Source: Marsupella aquatica
Taxonomy: Eukaryota; Plantae; Marchantiophyta
Assembly: GCA_973895155.1 (NCBI GenBank)
Contig: OZ316895.1
Coordinates: forward strand, 21,650,558-21,714,557
Length of the DNA: 64,000 bases
Reading direction: 5' to 3'
Positions 12,051 through 25,468 of this stretch are shown here, one piece after another. The translations under genes were made by a program, and so were the position numbers. Under the pieces are notes generated by a model, which saw only the letters and a program-made list of their open reading frames with translations, did no database searches and was not told the origin of the DNA. Positions within the stretch are counted from its first letter, which is position 1, and each line of letters opens with the position of its first letter.

Positions 12051-13129
12051 CACTCCTCCTAGTCCTTGGTGTAGCTATTGCAATTTCTCCTGTCTCTTCC
12101 ATTTGATAGTCTTTGTTTAGTGAAGGAGCAAGCGCCAGTGTGGGCGCAGACAAGACTAAGTGACTAAATGCACACAACATGGAGTTCAGGCCTTTTGGCA
12201 GACAATCCAAGTTTCATTGTGGCGCAAATTAAAGGGCGGGCCGGGCCCCAAGGAACAAACTTTCTTTCAAGCTTTTCTATTCTACAAGATTTTTGACCCC
12301 GACAATTCTATCCTTTGGCTCTCTTTTTGGGATCATGCATGATAGAAGAGTTAATAAAACTCTCCTTTGTATAATGTTCTCTTTCAAATCTCCAGGTGTA
12401 GAGGACCAAGCTCCATAGTTTCTTGATGCCATTCATTGCTACAAAGATGAAGCATCAACTAGCTTGCAGCAAGGGCGTGAAAGGGGCACCGGCGGTGTTC
12501 AATAGGCCATAATACAACCATTAGGAACACTGATAGCAAAGCCAAGAATCTGCAATTTCTTGTTTGATCGATCAACATATCAATTTTACCATGATTTTAG
12601 TTTGCGATAGAGAGGGGAATTGTCAATTTAACTACCAGATGTCACTTTGTTCATGTTGACAATCATAAATCTTGTCATATTTGCTAGACTGTGTGAGTGG
12701 GGATCAAATGCAAAGTTCAGTTCTTGATTGGTTTGATTGGCTGACGCAGGAATCAAGATTGGGGAGAATGTTGCGCAGGATTTTTTGACGTAGTGAGTAA
12801 TTGAATTTGATCGGGCTAATTTTGGTTTTGCGAGTGGTTAGGGAGCCAAAAACTTGAGTGTCCTCAAAGTTTTTTTCAATCCAGGATGCAAATTAAATTT
12901 GCACACCCAAGGTTGCTTCCAATTGAGTCACTCATGAAGCGGCTTGCAGCCTGTATACACAAGTCAAAGCTACTTAGTCCACCCTTCCAAGAACTCAAAT
13001 CATTTATTAAGCACCGTGTCTGGAACCTTGACATCTATACCACTTGCTCCATTTCAAGATCTATCATGACCAATTCCAGATATAAAGTGGTGGACCTTGC
13101 CACCCAACGTCCTCACCAATCCCAGCACT

Positions 13130-14450
13130 TGTGCCTAAGTGCCCTTGGTGCCCGAACGTCTTCACGGAATACCTCGAGCAAGCACCCGAGTGCCTCTAGC
13201 ACCACCAGCGACCACTCCCATACAAAGTCGCACTTGCTCACCTACACGACCGCTACTCAACGGTCCTCACTGTCTGCACAAACAACCAAGCACCTCGGTA
13301 ACTAACCCTGCCGGATCTAGAACTCGCCAAGTCTAGCATCCTAACTCAAGCTCAACAGACGTTGGTAAATAGGTCAGCGATAGGTCCTCCCGATGCCATA
13401 AGCCGGAACCCAAACCCACGCCCACTGTCCGTCCAGGACAGCTCCTTCCTTGGGCGCGGCCCGGGTTCCCTCTCGTACCTATCCATCACCAACTGACCGC
13501 CCTGATCTCAGGACATGCTCATGGCCCAAATAGCGTAGCTTGTCCTAAAGCTTGTCCCAAGCTTGTCTCAACATGCCGGGACCAGAACGGCCCTGACTCC
13601 AACATCGACTCCCGGTTTGCCCCACTGATGGTCTAGGGGCCGAGCGCCCTTGGGACTCAGCCTCCATACCTACTTGGCCTTGCCTCCCCTATGCAAGCTC
13701 CCTAAGGAGGCTAAACGCGGCTTGGTTAAACGCGGCTTGGCTGCTGTTCGACAGGATTTGGCTAACGGGCAAGCTAACACCCGCAAACCACAAGAACCCA
13801 TGGCAGCCCTAGACCCAGCTAAGCTTTCCAATGCACCTAAGAAGTCCTCCAACGGACTTCCCGTTGAGAAGATATCGCCATTTCTATTTGGCGATTTCCC
13901 TTAGTGTCGCGACCACCGCGGCTCACGACTTCGGCTCGCCCTTAGCCCCCAGGGAGACACCACTCCCCTCATATATGTTTCTGGAGACCTGCCACCCTCA
14001 GACCAGCTTTGGTCCCTAAACATTTGGCCCCCAACCCGGATCCCATCGCGAGCGCGCCACCAACTAGCAACGCCCATAACTTTCTTGATAGGCATCCGCA
14101 AGTGGAGTGCCTTAGCCCGTTGTGACCGGGCCGACCCAATGCTCATGCCTAGCCCTCAGGTCTGATCGCCGCTCGGGGCCCCCGACCGGCCCAACCCGGC
14201 TCGGGCCACAACTTGCGCCCCAAGCATCCGTTGCCAATGGCATCAACTCCATTGGCCTTGGGCCCAAGAGGAGCTCACTCCCAAGCCCTCAGAACTCAAA
14301 GCCCATCCGATGGTTAGGACGGCCATCCTTGAGTCCGGCCCATTTCCCCTTGACCCAACCAGCCATAGGCTAGTCCAAGTCCTTAGTGTGTGTCCCTAGC
14401 TTGGCCCCTTGCCTCGCTAGTGCCACGTCTCATTGCCCACAAGTCTCCCC
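13130..14450 (-). mobile_element. Probable Gypsy-type 3' LTR (~1.3 kb) with adjacent polypurine tract
   Basis: On the minus strand GGGGAGACT (14450-14442) directly precedes TGTGGG.. (14441); the segment ends ..GGCACA (13130); GC-rich, no recognisable protein. Confidence 0.45.
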
Positions 14451-15521
14451 ATGCTAAGTCCTCCCCGGATGGCCTATCCGGGCCTGGACCATAAGGGAGC
14501 TCGGCGTTGGAGTCAGCGACGCAAAAGCTAAGTGTTAAGGTAGTCGAGTTCTGCAACTTATAAACACTAGTGAATCATTTTGTGCTAGACTATTTTTGGA
14601 CTTTCATGTAACAATGAAAACTAGTACAAGTAGTCAGGTGTGTAGAATAAGTTGGTTCATGCCAGTCCATATCATGACAGACCTATTTAATGTTGAAGGG
14701 GGTTTGAGAATGTATCAAACTAAGAATTTATGTGTCTTCAAGCCAACTTTTGGATCCATATTTGCATCTCTAATGGATCCAGGTTGACATGTTAAAATTG
14801 AGGCGACTAATGACATTATTTTAAGTGTCATGTTCTTTGATCATCAATTGGTTTTAGGTACCATGTTGGACAAAAAAATGCTATATATTACTTTTGGTTA
14901 TGTGCGCGAACAGTTTTGCAAGATGTGTGGGTTGCAATGAACCAAGCTAATACTGTGGAAATGATGGACCTAGAGATTGAACTTTTTGATAAAATACATG
15001 TAAAATTGGATGTTGAAAGATATTGGGGCTTAAAAGATCTTTGTGAAGAAGTCTGCTTCTACATCAGCTCTGAGAATGTTGAGATAAGTTTTCTTTTTGG
15101 CATTGTTAGGCCAACCAAACCAAGATGTTGGGAGAAGATAATTTTGAGGTTGGACATTCAAAGTCAAACTAACATCATTCTTTGGCACTTATGAAGACAA
15201 TGTATGCCCATTAATTATTTGTAAACTTGTGAATATGCAAAAAATGCAACAAATGAGAAGGTGATGTTAGTCCACAACATTGGTGAAGACAATTTTCTTC
15301 GCATTAATAAAAATGTAGGACCACAAGTTTAAAGTAGGCCTAAGTAGTCAAAGACCCACTCTTGAGAATAGCCTAGGGACATTTTACTAGGTGAACTAGG
15401 GATATTTTACAGCCTATTTGATTGATGCCCTTAAATTTAGCCCTAGTATAGTGTAATTATCAAGTTCGAGTATGATTGACTTAGAGATTTGGTTCATGCT
15501 GGTCAGTTATGTCACTTTATT

Positions 15522-16000
15522 ATGATCAAAATAAATTTATTATTGATGACCACTATGTGAAAAATGAAGAGTTTATCGATAGTTTTCTATTGATGAGCCT
15601 AATATGAGGTGTAATAGAGTGCACATTTATCAAGAATCCAATTTTCAATCACGTCAATGCAAAAAACATCAAAGATGAATAATGAAACTGAATCCACAAT
15701 TGTAAACTGAATGTGATCAAAATGGATTTATTATTGATGATCACTATGTCAAAAATGAAGAGCTTGTCGATAGCTTTCTATTGATGAGCCTAATAGAGTG
15801 CACATTTATCAAGAATCCAATTTTCAATCATGTCAATGCAAAAAACATCAAAGACAAAAAATAAAACTGAACAATTATGAACTAAATGTGATCAAAATAG
15901 ATTTATTATTGATGACCACTATATGAAAAATGAAGAGCTTATTGATAGCTTTCTATTGAGCCTAATATGAGGTGTAATAGAACGCATATTTATCAAGAAT
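15522..16000. repeat. About 180-190-bp tandem repeat, ~2.6 copies
   Basis: tgatcaaaat..atttattattgatga.cacta..aaaaatgaagag recurs at ~15523, ~15713 and ~15889. Confidence 0.85.
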
Positions 16001-16029
16001 CTAATGATGAATTATATCATTCTAGACTC

Positions 16030-16800
16030 TAATTGTGTATTCTCATTTTCTTCACTAGTCATTGTCATAACATGGGATATTGTATCTTCTGCATTTGTAA
16101 GTTCTAGTTTGTTGTTCTCTCAATGTTGTATGACACGGTACCAATATTAAAATATTTTGCACTACTGGTGAAATTGGATTTTTTGTGTCACCATGTTGTC
16201 ATTGGTATGTTGATTTAGCTGATGAATGACTTTTTTCCATACCTTAAGAACTCCATATTGACAAACTTCCATATTTGTTCACAAACCAAGATGCATGCCA
16301 AACCAAAACATGCTACAAAATATGTGGAAACTCCAACATTAGATATTTTCATAATATAAAATAAATCATAGCAATTCAACTAATTTTAACAACTATTGAA
16401 ATAATATTTTAACCACTTACCATATAGTGAGTCACATGGTATTCGCCAAAGGCTTTAATATGTATAACCGATATCATGCCTCAATCTTGGGCTTGAAAGT
16501 CTTTTGCTGGTTGTGTCAATATAAGCCCACTGAGGTATGGTTGCAACGTTTCGTAAGCTTTCCACATTGGCAATCGAGAAAGTTTGTCGTCTGGCCCATT
16601 ATGATGATGAGCGGCATATATATCTATCCAAACTTTCTCCTTATTTGATGATGAGTTTTTTTTGAACAATCTAGCAACATGTGCTTCATTCACGTTCGAT
16701 AATTTTGGACACTCCCTGTCGCTCCTAAAAAGATTGGGTCTTTAAATATTTGCACACGACCTCCATGAACTCAAGCATATGATAACGAATCTTCCATTTC
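16030..16800 (-). pseudogene. Transib/RAG1-like DDE transposase C-terminal remnant
   Basis: Spliced (intron 16420-16313, GTAAGT..TTGTAG) translation KAFGEYHVTHYM|HVLVWHASWFVNKYGSLSIWSS*GMEKSH has HxxxxH and GS..W.S.G.E spacing like RAG1; stops and frameshifts present. Confidence 0.6.
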
Positions 16801-18829
16801 TTATATAGTTTTTACTTGCAAGGCTTTATTTCTCATGAGATGAAGATGCAAGATGCAAAATTTTTCCAAACAAGAAATGAAGATGCAAGATTTTCTCCAT
16901 CATTCAAACATTAGCATGCAATGTGCAAACGTGAACCCTTGTCAATATTTCTAATACTATTGACAAGGGTGGTCTCACAAACACACACGGTCCCTTTCTT
17001 GAATTGCTCATCAACTGTTGGCTTGAAGCAGATTGGTTATCTTCCATTTTTTTTGTTTTTTTTTTCTCAAGAAAAACGAGCGTACTTTATTGATCTTCCG
17101 TTTTTTTTTTGTATTTAGCTTGTCTCACTTGTGTCCAAAATCCCTTATGTAATATTTAACAGTCAATTTTGTATAAGTGAAAGAATTATGAATCAGCAAA
17201 ATCACTTCCCCTCTCATTTTCTCAGCACTGTGTATTCTGCTTCACTCAAGGTACTTCTTATTGACAATTCACTATCCTCACTAAATAAGAACAAAGTCCA
17301 AAATTTAGTTCTTGATCTCATTATGACTTTCTATTATAATTTCTTTCCCTTACTCCCATTTCTAGATTCCGGTCCGAGCCACAATTGTTACCAGCTTTCT
17401 CAATCAGAAAATTCTTAATCGGCATTCCCCAATATGGTCATAAAAAATGTTAACCGTTAGAATTAATTAGTTGCCAAATACTTGAATTAATTATCCAACA
17501 TAACTCTCAACTTGATTAATGTCATTTCTTGTATCAATTAAATATTTTATGACTTTAATTTACTTGATTTCTTGTGCACTCTTCGCTTGCTATCCAGCCT
17601 TTTTGACAATTAGATAGTGACAGCGCAATAGGATAACTGTTACTTGCTACTGGATAGTGCATCTCTTTGTTAATTGTTCTTCAGTTAATCATTCTCCTGA
17701 GCAATCATTCTTAATTTTGTCTTCTATTTTCGTTGCTCTAAGATTAAGTGTTTGTATTGCAACCTGCACTTGTTCCACTCTTGTTTCCCTAGCTCCTTCC
17801 CCTATTTGTCGGTATGTTGGGTTGATTCTCATCTTCTAAAACTCTTATCTTTGTTTAGTTTTCTTACTCTTGTTCTCCATAATTCTCACTGCCCAACACT
17901 CATTCATGATACAAAAACAATACATTTCCTGTGTGCCAACTTGCATATGAAACTCATGCCCAATGACTCCAAACAATTGGCAACCGACTTTTTCCCATAC
18001 TTGATAGACACCATCATTGATTTGCACAAAGAAATTGTACATGTATTGGCCTAAACCTACTGGTCGACAAAAATGATTCACTCGATTCCGCATCGGCAAC
18101 CCTATATTCTAGTTTTCTCTGCTCAGTTTAACTCTACAAGCATTTGGCCTTAAGGCACACAACTTTTCATCTTCTAATGGGATATTGCATCCCTCATAAA
18201 CTAAGTCGCTACCATGCATGCCCCAAATTATCACAATCGTTACTCCAACCAAGCCGATAACTCCAGACTGATTCATCTCTATAGAATTGTTGTCTGACCA
18301 AAATTGAGTATCGAATAGACAAAATAAAACTTTGGTGGATTTTTTCAATGCTTAAATAGTAACTGCCCCAATGACTTGACCTATTTAACTATAAATCGAT
18401 ACTTAACTTTAAAATTTCAATAATCTAATTTGTTAAAATTCTACAATTTCACCCTTATTGCTCTCTCCCCTTGCACCAGCCTAGGTACTTACATTCTTGA
18501 GGAGGCCCACCCAGTGCGTCCAGAATGTTATACACACACCCAAGGAGAAGAAATTTTTTTCCATTCCCTTTCTTTCAGTATATCTCTGTATGACATAAAT
18601 TCTCATTATGACATTTTTTTTCGAGCATAAAATGGGAGCCACACGAGGGGGTATTTACAAACGATAGGAAACAATAAATAGTAATAGGAAACAAAAATTA
18701 GTAACAGGAAAACGAATGGTTATTTTTTTTGAAATGTTTTTGAAATGTTTTTTTGAATATTATTTTTGGAAAAAGAAAGTTTTTTTTCTTCAAATTTTTA
18801 ATTTTTTTGCTACCGCCTAAAGGCAGAAA

Positions 18830-21800
18830 ATAAACTAGGTTATGACACCTTGATATGACCATGTTTCAGAAAATGAAAAGAGTAACCCACGGCATACCAC
18901 AAAACGCACATCCACACATTTAAAACAATCATGCATGGCATGTTCTCAAGGCAAATTAATAGTTAGACCTTCTATTTCTAAAATTATATACGAAATGCCT
19001 AGATTTTTAGAATGCGTCCATGCAAATGTATGTGATCTCATTGAACCACCAAATGGATCATTTTGATTTTTCCTAATCATAATCAACGCATCCTTAAAAT
19101 GGTTACAAGTTTTATTACTCTCTACATGAAATAGGGTTTTTTCAAGACTTTCAGCACACATCTTGAAGCTAAAATCTCAATTCCCCTGAAAACTCTATCA
19201 AGACTAATTCACCTCAAAAACATTGGAAGATCTTTGCATGGGTACATGGATAGACATATCCATTTCCAAAACGATATTGTTAAATCTATCATTAAGAGAA
19301 TACAGATTATAATAAGACATGTGCTTATGCAAAACACAACTATCTACAATTGCTTGGGGCCATGCTATATTCCCGGCTATATTACATGCAACATCTTTAC
19401 TTAAATATCACCTATCAATATACAATGATCTAACTCCACACCACTTAGTATTTGGAATAGACCCTGACTTATCCCATGTCAAACAATTGGTTATCAAGTA
19501 CTTGTCCCCATAATGAGACCTAAACGTATTGAAATAAGATCTCAAAGATAAAAAGATATCTACATTGGTTTTGAATCACCATCTATAATCAAGTACCTCG
19601 AACCATCCACAGCCAATATTTTTCAAGCAAAGTTTCTTGATTGTCATTTTTATGAGAATATTTTTCCTAAATTGTTTGAAGAGAAACCACAATTTGGAGG
19701 ACCTTTTAACTTAGAGTTGTGATGGCTTAGAGTCTAAACCCTAAAATCAATCCACTGTTTGAAAAGAGTGTGGAGCAAATGTCAAATATATTTACATATA
19801 TTGCACAGGTGATGAGAGCACATATTCCTACCACAAACGCTCCTGCATATTTGCAAGAATATACAAACTGGCCACAAACCAACCACCAAGAGCAAAATAT
19901 GGACGTTGTCGTGAAAATTCCCTACAGAATACTAGAATCCATATTGTGTTATTAGAGTTTATGCAAAAAGAATATTATTTAAAAGTTTCATAGTAGTCCT
20001 ATTAGAACATATAGCTTATATTATGTATAATGTACATTCTACAGTGATATATAATAATTATATCAATTATGTATAATAATTTGATTAATTATATATAGTA
20101 GTTTCATCAATTATATACAATAGTTCTATCAACTAAATATAATAGTTCCACCAACTATGCATAATAGTTTCACGAACTACACACAATAATTTCACCAACT
20201 ATGAATAATATTAGCACACTTATAGGTATTTGATCATTGCCACTTGGTTTCGATCCAAAGCCAAAATATTGATCCATATTTTTTTGAAAGCACAAAGGAG
20301 CACTATAAATAAAATGAAGAGGAGCACATTCTGTTCATTCTCATTGTTTGATCTATCATGTTGTTCCAATGCTTTAAAGAGCTCTTTCTTTCTTGTGCAC
20401 ATGTTTTCTTTATTATTTGCATTTATGATTGGGTATCTAAAATTATTTTATATTTTATGCTTAATAGTCTTGAGATCAATTTAGAATAATTATAATAAAT
20501 AATATGACAAATGAAGTACCTAGTGTTTATTCCCTACGTGCTATGTCATTTGTTACTCATTTTTTAATTAGAATTCAATATCATAGCAAACATACCATGA
20601 GAATGCATCTTTTTTATTATTTTGGATTTGAGTTAATGAAAGTATTATGAATAACAATACACTATTTGTATAATCCATTATCCTTTAGAAAAATAAATGA
20701 AATATGACTATTTTTATTTATATTAAATAAATCTTTATACACAACCTGAAAATGTATCAGAGTTAGATTTCAATAGGGTTCATAATAATATATCTGATTT
20801 TCTTTCATCAATTAAAATAATAGTATTATGTCAAAAAAATATTGATTATAAAAATATTTTAATTAGAAAATATGGAGATGAAAAATACGATATCATACTT
20901 ATGATGCTAAAGTCTATAATTATATCATCTATGATGAATCTTAAAATTATAATCTTTGTTTTTTACAATTGACTTATCTAATTGTAAGATTCATTGAAAA
21001 TTATAATTCATTATTTGACTTGGGAAATAAATTATATGAAAATAAAGGATAGGCCAATTCAAAGTTTAGTATGATAAATCTGCTCATCGTAAAATGGAAC
21101 AAAGGTCGTGAAAAACATTTTAGAGTATAATGGTAGGAAAAATTGATCAAAAAATGATCGTAAGAGGTGATAAAAACTGCACTTTGGAAAAGTTTCTTTC
21201 AAGATATAAAAATTAAAAGCTTGGTGTTTCCCGATAACTAAAATTTCTCCCGATAACGTCATTTGGGATTTAAAGATACTCAATCAAGATAAAAAAAACT
21301 ATCATAAAAACATCACCCATAATACCACAAACCATCACCCATACTAAACCGAAAAAATCTTAGAAAATGAAGAAATCTCAATTCATTACATGAATATTGG
21401 GACTATATAGAATAGAAAAAATATTTCTATTGACGACAACTTTGTCTTTTACATATCCTAGAATATCACGAGTATATAACCTAACCGGAAAATTATTAGT
21501 AAAACACAGAAAAACCTACATTGGTCAGAATGGGAAAAAATAATTAATTTAAAATTGAATTCATTGATTAAATGCTAAATGTTTAGACCTACTGTTTCAA
21601 AATCATCAACCACCCACTTAACTGATCATAAGTGAACTTTCGTGAAAAAAAAAATACTCAAGACCAAGTTGCACAAATATTTGGGCATGACTTTGACTTG
21701 ATATATGCACCAATGATGGATGCAATAACTTATAGATTCCTAATTGGTTTTCTAGGTCATAGACTAATGATGCATCAGATGGATGTAGTAACATCATATA

Positions 21801-23555
21801 TATATAGACCACTGAATATCAAGATATACATGAAAGCTAATCATTAAATTCAATCACCACAAAAGAGTCTTGAATTTAATTATACTTTAAAATCAAAGCT
21901 TTACTTCCATACAAGACCTTGACTCTCAATGTATTGTTATAATGGAAGGAGGGAGAATTAATCAGCAAATTCGACACTGAATAAGATTCTCTTTCCCATG
22001 GAGTAACTCTAAAAGACTTTATAGGTTTGGAAGCCTAACATAAAGGAGGTATGGAAAGGTATACCCTTTTGAGACTAACAAAACTTGATAAAATATAATT
22101 CTAATACTAAGTTCCAACAAAAACTAAGTCTAAGTGTCGAAATGGCTAAGTGTCATTAAACTTTTCTGATGAAATATAAGATTTGACCAAATTTTTCTAT
22201 TTTTAATTCCAAAAATAATACCCAAAATGCTGATTTTCCTACAGTGGATTGTATTACCTTCAATCTGCAAGCAGGCAAAATCTCAGACTTTTTTGAGTAA
22301 TTAAGTCCTTCAAAGAAATTGGACAAAAGTGATATTGGGTGAAAATGTAATTTAACACAGATTTTTCTAAGTGTAGGGAACTAAATATGTGCACGCTTTA
22401 CAAAGCGTTAGGGTACTGGGGACGCCTTCAGAAGCGTCCTATACTTTTGTCATCGGGGTCAGATGACGCTCTCAAAGGCGTCAAGTCTTGAAGACGGACA
22501 AAGATTTAGTAACTTTGAAAAAATCATAATCGTTGCTCCGATGAAGGTCAAACCTTGCCAGGATAATCTCCTATGTCCATTCCATTTTCTGCCAAAGTTT
22601 CAGACATTTTTTAGGTCTCTATCATTTTAAATAAAATAGGAGGAGATTCAACTTTGTAATTTGCGTCAAACACTTAGAATCTGCACAGAAACTAGATTTC
22701 TTCACAAAAAAACTGTAAAAATCCGGGAATAAACTTCAAATGATGTAATCCAAAAAAAATATTCATCCACACAAGGCACATCCTTTCACTTCCCTATGGA
22801 AGTACGATCTCTAGACGGAGACAATGACACATTCAAGAAAAGAAATGAAAATAAACTATTGTTGGGTCCTGAAAAACCATATATATCAGCAATAGGAGCA
22901 CTAATATTTTTAGCTAACCAGACATGACCAGATTTTTCTTTTTGACGTAAAATTACTAGCTAAACACAATGCACAACCTATTGTACGTCATTGGAATGGC
23001 ATAAAAAAAATAATGTGTTACCTTTAAGGAACCATTGAAATGAGACTACATTTTCCTAATAACACTGATAAAACTTTAACAGGCTATGCGGACGTGGATA
23101 TTTATCAAACCCAGACAACACTAAATAACACACTGGTCATGTTATTTTGTATAGTAGTACAATTATCTCTTGGAAAAGCATTAAACAAACTTTAATCTGT
23201 ACTTCCTCTAACCACGCTAAAATTTTGCCTTATATGAAGCTAGCAGAGATCATTGGTTGAGAAAAAAAAATTGATCATATTAATGCAAACTATGGTTTAC
23301 CAGCTCTAATTCAACCTATTATATTATTAAAAGACAACCAAACATGTGTTAAACAGATATCAAAAGGATTCATTAAAGGAGATTGCATCAAGCACATCGC
23401 GTCAATTTTTTTTTCACCCATGAACAATAAGGCGACACTATTCAAGTGAAGATGATTGTCAGCAAATTAAGACAACCATGCAGATTTGTTTACAAAAACT
23501 TTGACTCTAGCCATACATCAAATTCATTGTCATGGCATTAGCTTACAGAGACTAT
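18830..23555 (+). mobile_element. Heavily decayed Ty1/Copia pol (integrase-RT-RNase H), Bianca-like, with AT-rich insertions
   Basis: Remnants FLECVHANVCDLIEPPNGSF..LLST..LKSQFP (~19000-19190), IYIGFESPSIIKYLEP (~19560), ENEEISIHY (~21365), LGPEKPYISAIGALIFLAN (~22860), GFIKGDCIKHI (~23365). Confidence 0.85.
20092..20210. repeat. About 22-bp minisatellite (aatagtttcaccaactatgcat-like), ~5 copies
   Basis: Visible periodic sequence. Confidence 0.7.
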
Positions 23556-24578
23556 CTAAACTCTGAGATTCATAATAACATTTAACTCTTCATAATCATA
23601 CATATTATACTTATATTTGCAAACAGATAATTGTACTCTATGGTATGTCCCATGGCTCTCTAAACCCAAGAATATGTCTTGAAGAAGCCGATTTCCACTG
23701 GTTTTGCTCTTACCAAGGCCGGTTCCGCGGCTTCTTGCGCGGCTTATTAGCATGAGACGCTGCTAAAATACTTTACTAACTTTTTACCCACATATACTGG
23801 ATAGATCTTTCATCAGGTCATGAGATATGTAGTCGACCTGCTCTAGGACTCTCCTTATTCTCTTTTATTGATCTCGATTCAGGTATGTTTGGATTTCGCC
23901 CTCTGATGCCCAATCGGCTTGGATAGCCGCTAAGATTCCTCTAAGCTCAACACATCCAACTTTTCCTACTCCTTATGACTTCACTTACTTCTTTTCTCTC
24001 TTGTAGTCGATGTGGGCAATCTTTACACAAGTTGAAGCGACACACAACTAGAAAGATAACTCATACTGACTAAGTTATACCGTGCAAGTGCCATACAAGG
24101 AGTACTTCTCACACACAGGATCTATGAACTAAGCCGAAAGGCCAACTCTATTCAGCTCTTAGGTATGAGAAAACATGAATATATATAAAAGTCACTGCAT
24201 AACTAACTGAGAGCTTCTCTTACTAATTGATCCCAACCTTGCTGGTGCACTAAAAACTTGTTAAGAAAAAACCCTGAGTCCCCGCTGCACAGGAATTTCT
24301 CCTGACAGCGCATCTATCTATTTCCTTGTTGTGTAAGCCTAATCTACCTCTAAGTGTAATCTACCTATGTACACGGGGCAAGAGCACAAGTGTTGCTCTT
24401 ACTAGTGGATCCGCAATCCCACTAATCTAAGTGTTAGGGCCGCCTCTTGGCCCTGATCCTAATCATATGGAGTGATTGAACCTATACCCCTGTGTCATGT
24501 AGGGAGGTGGATCTTCACTTACAGAGATAAGTGGTCGTTTGAAGGCTGTCAAAACATGTCTTCCATAGATCAATGAAC

Positions 24579-25406
24579 TCGAGTTGGAAGGGCAATCGGC
24601 TGCGGTTTAAGCTCAGACTTTGCCAGAGCATTGGAAACTGTGAGAATGTATCACTGGCAAAGTTAGAGCTGCAACCGACATCGTTTGATATGCACTTTAG
24701 CATGCACGATCTGTTACGTCTCCAGTTTCACGATTCTGAGCTCGGGGCAAAATTTCACTTCGAGTTGGAAGGGCAATCGGCTGCGGTTTAAGCTCAGACT
24801 TTGCCAGAGCATTGGAAATAGCGAGAATGTATCACTGGCAAAGTTAGAGCTGCAACCAACATTGTTTGGTATGCACTTTAGCATGCGCGATCTGCTATGT
24901 CTCCAGTTTCGCGATTCTGAGCTCGGGGCGAAATTTCACTTCGAGTTGGAAGGGCAATCGGCTGCGGTTTGAGCTCAGATTTTTCCAGAGCATTGGAAAC
25001 AGCAAGAATGTATCACTGGCAAAGTTAGAGATGCAACCGACATCGTTTGATATGCACTTTAGCATGCACGATCTGTTACGTCTCTAGTTTCGCAATTCCG
25101 AGCTTGGGGCAAAATTTCACTTCGAGTTGGAAGGGAAATTGGCTGCGGTTTAAGCTCAAACTTTGCTAGAGCATTGGAAACAGCGAGAATGTATCACTGG
25201 CAAAGTTAGAGCTGCAACCGACATTGTTTGGTATGCACTTTAGCATGCACGATCTGTTACGTGTCCAGTTTCGGGATTCTGAGCTTGGGGCAAAATTTCA
25301 CTTCGAGTTGGAAGGGCAATCGGCTGTGGTTTGAGCTCAGATTTTGGCAGAGTGTTGCAAATAGCGAGAGTGTATCACTGGCAAAGGTAGAGCTGCAACT
25401 GACATC
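24579..25406 (+). repeat. 181-bp tandem monomers, ~4.6 copies, directly upstream of LINE ORF1
   Basis: gagttggaaggg begins at 24581, 24762, 24943, 25124 and 25305 (exact 181-bp period). Confidence 0.95.
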
Positions 25407-25468
25407 CTCTACTACTCCCAATTTCTATTTGTCGTCTAAGAGTACATTCTAACAACAGTTTCAGCTTT

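Noticed and set aside
14540-15330. Possible decayed coding sequence next to the 190-bp repeats
   Set aside because: Too degenerate to assign to any family by eye
23560-24570. Possible LTR after the Copia RNase H
   Set aside because: No paired LTR, PPT or TG..CA boundaries could be established
24515-25452. Repeated 62-95 aa ORFs
   Set aside because: Artefacts of the 181-bp monomer, which shifts frame with each copy
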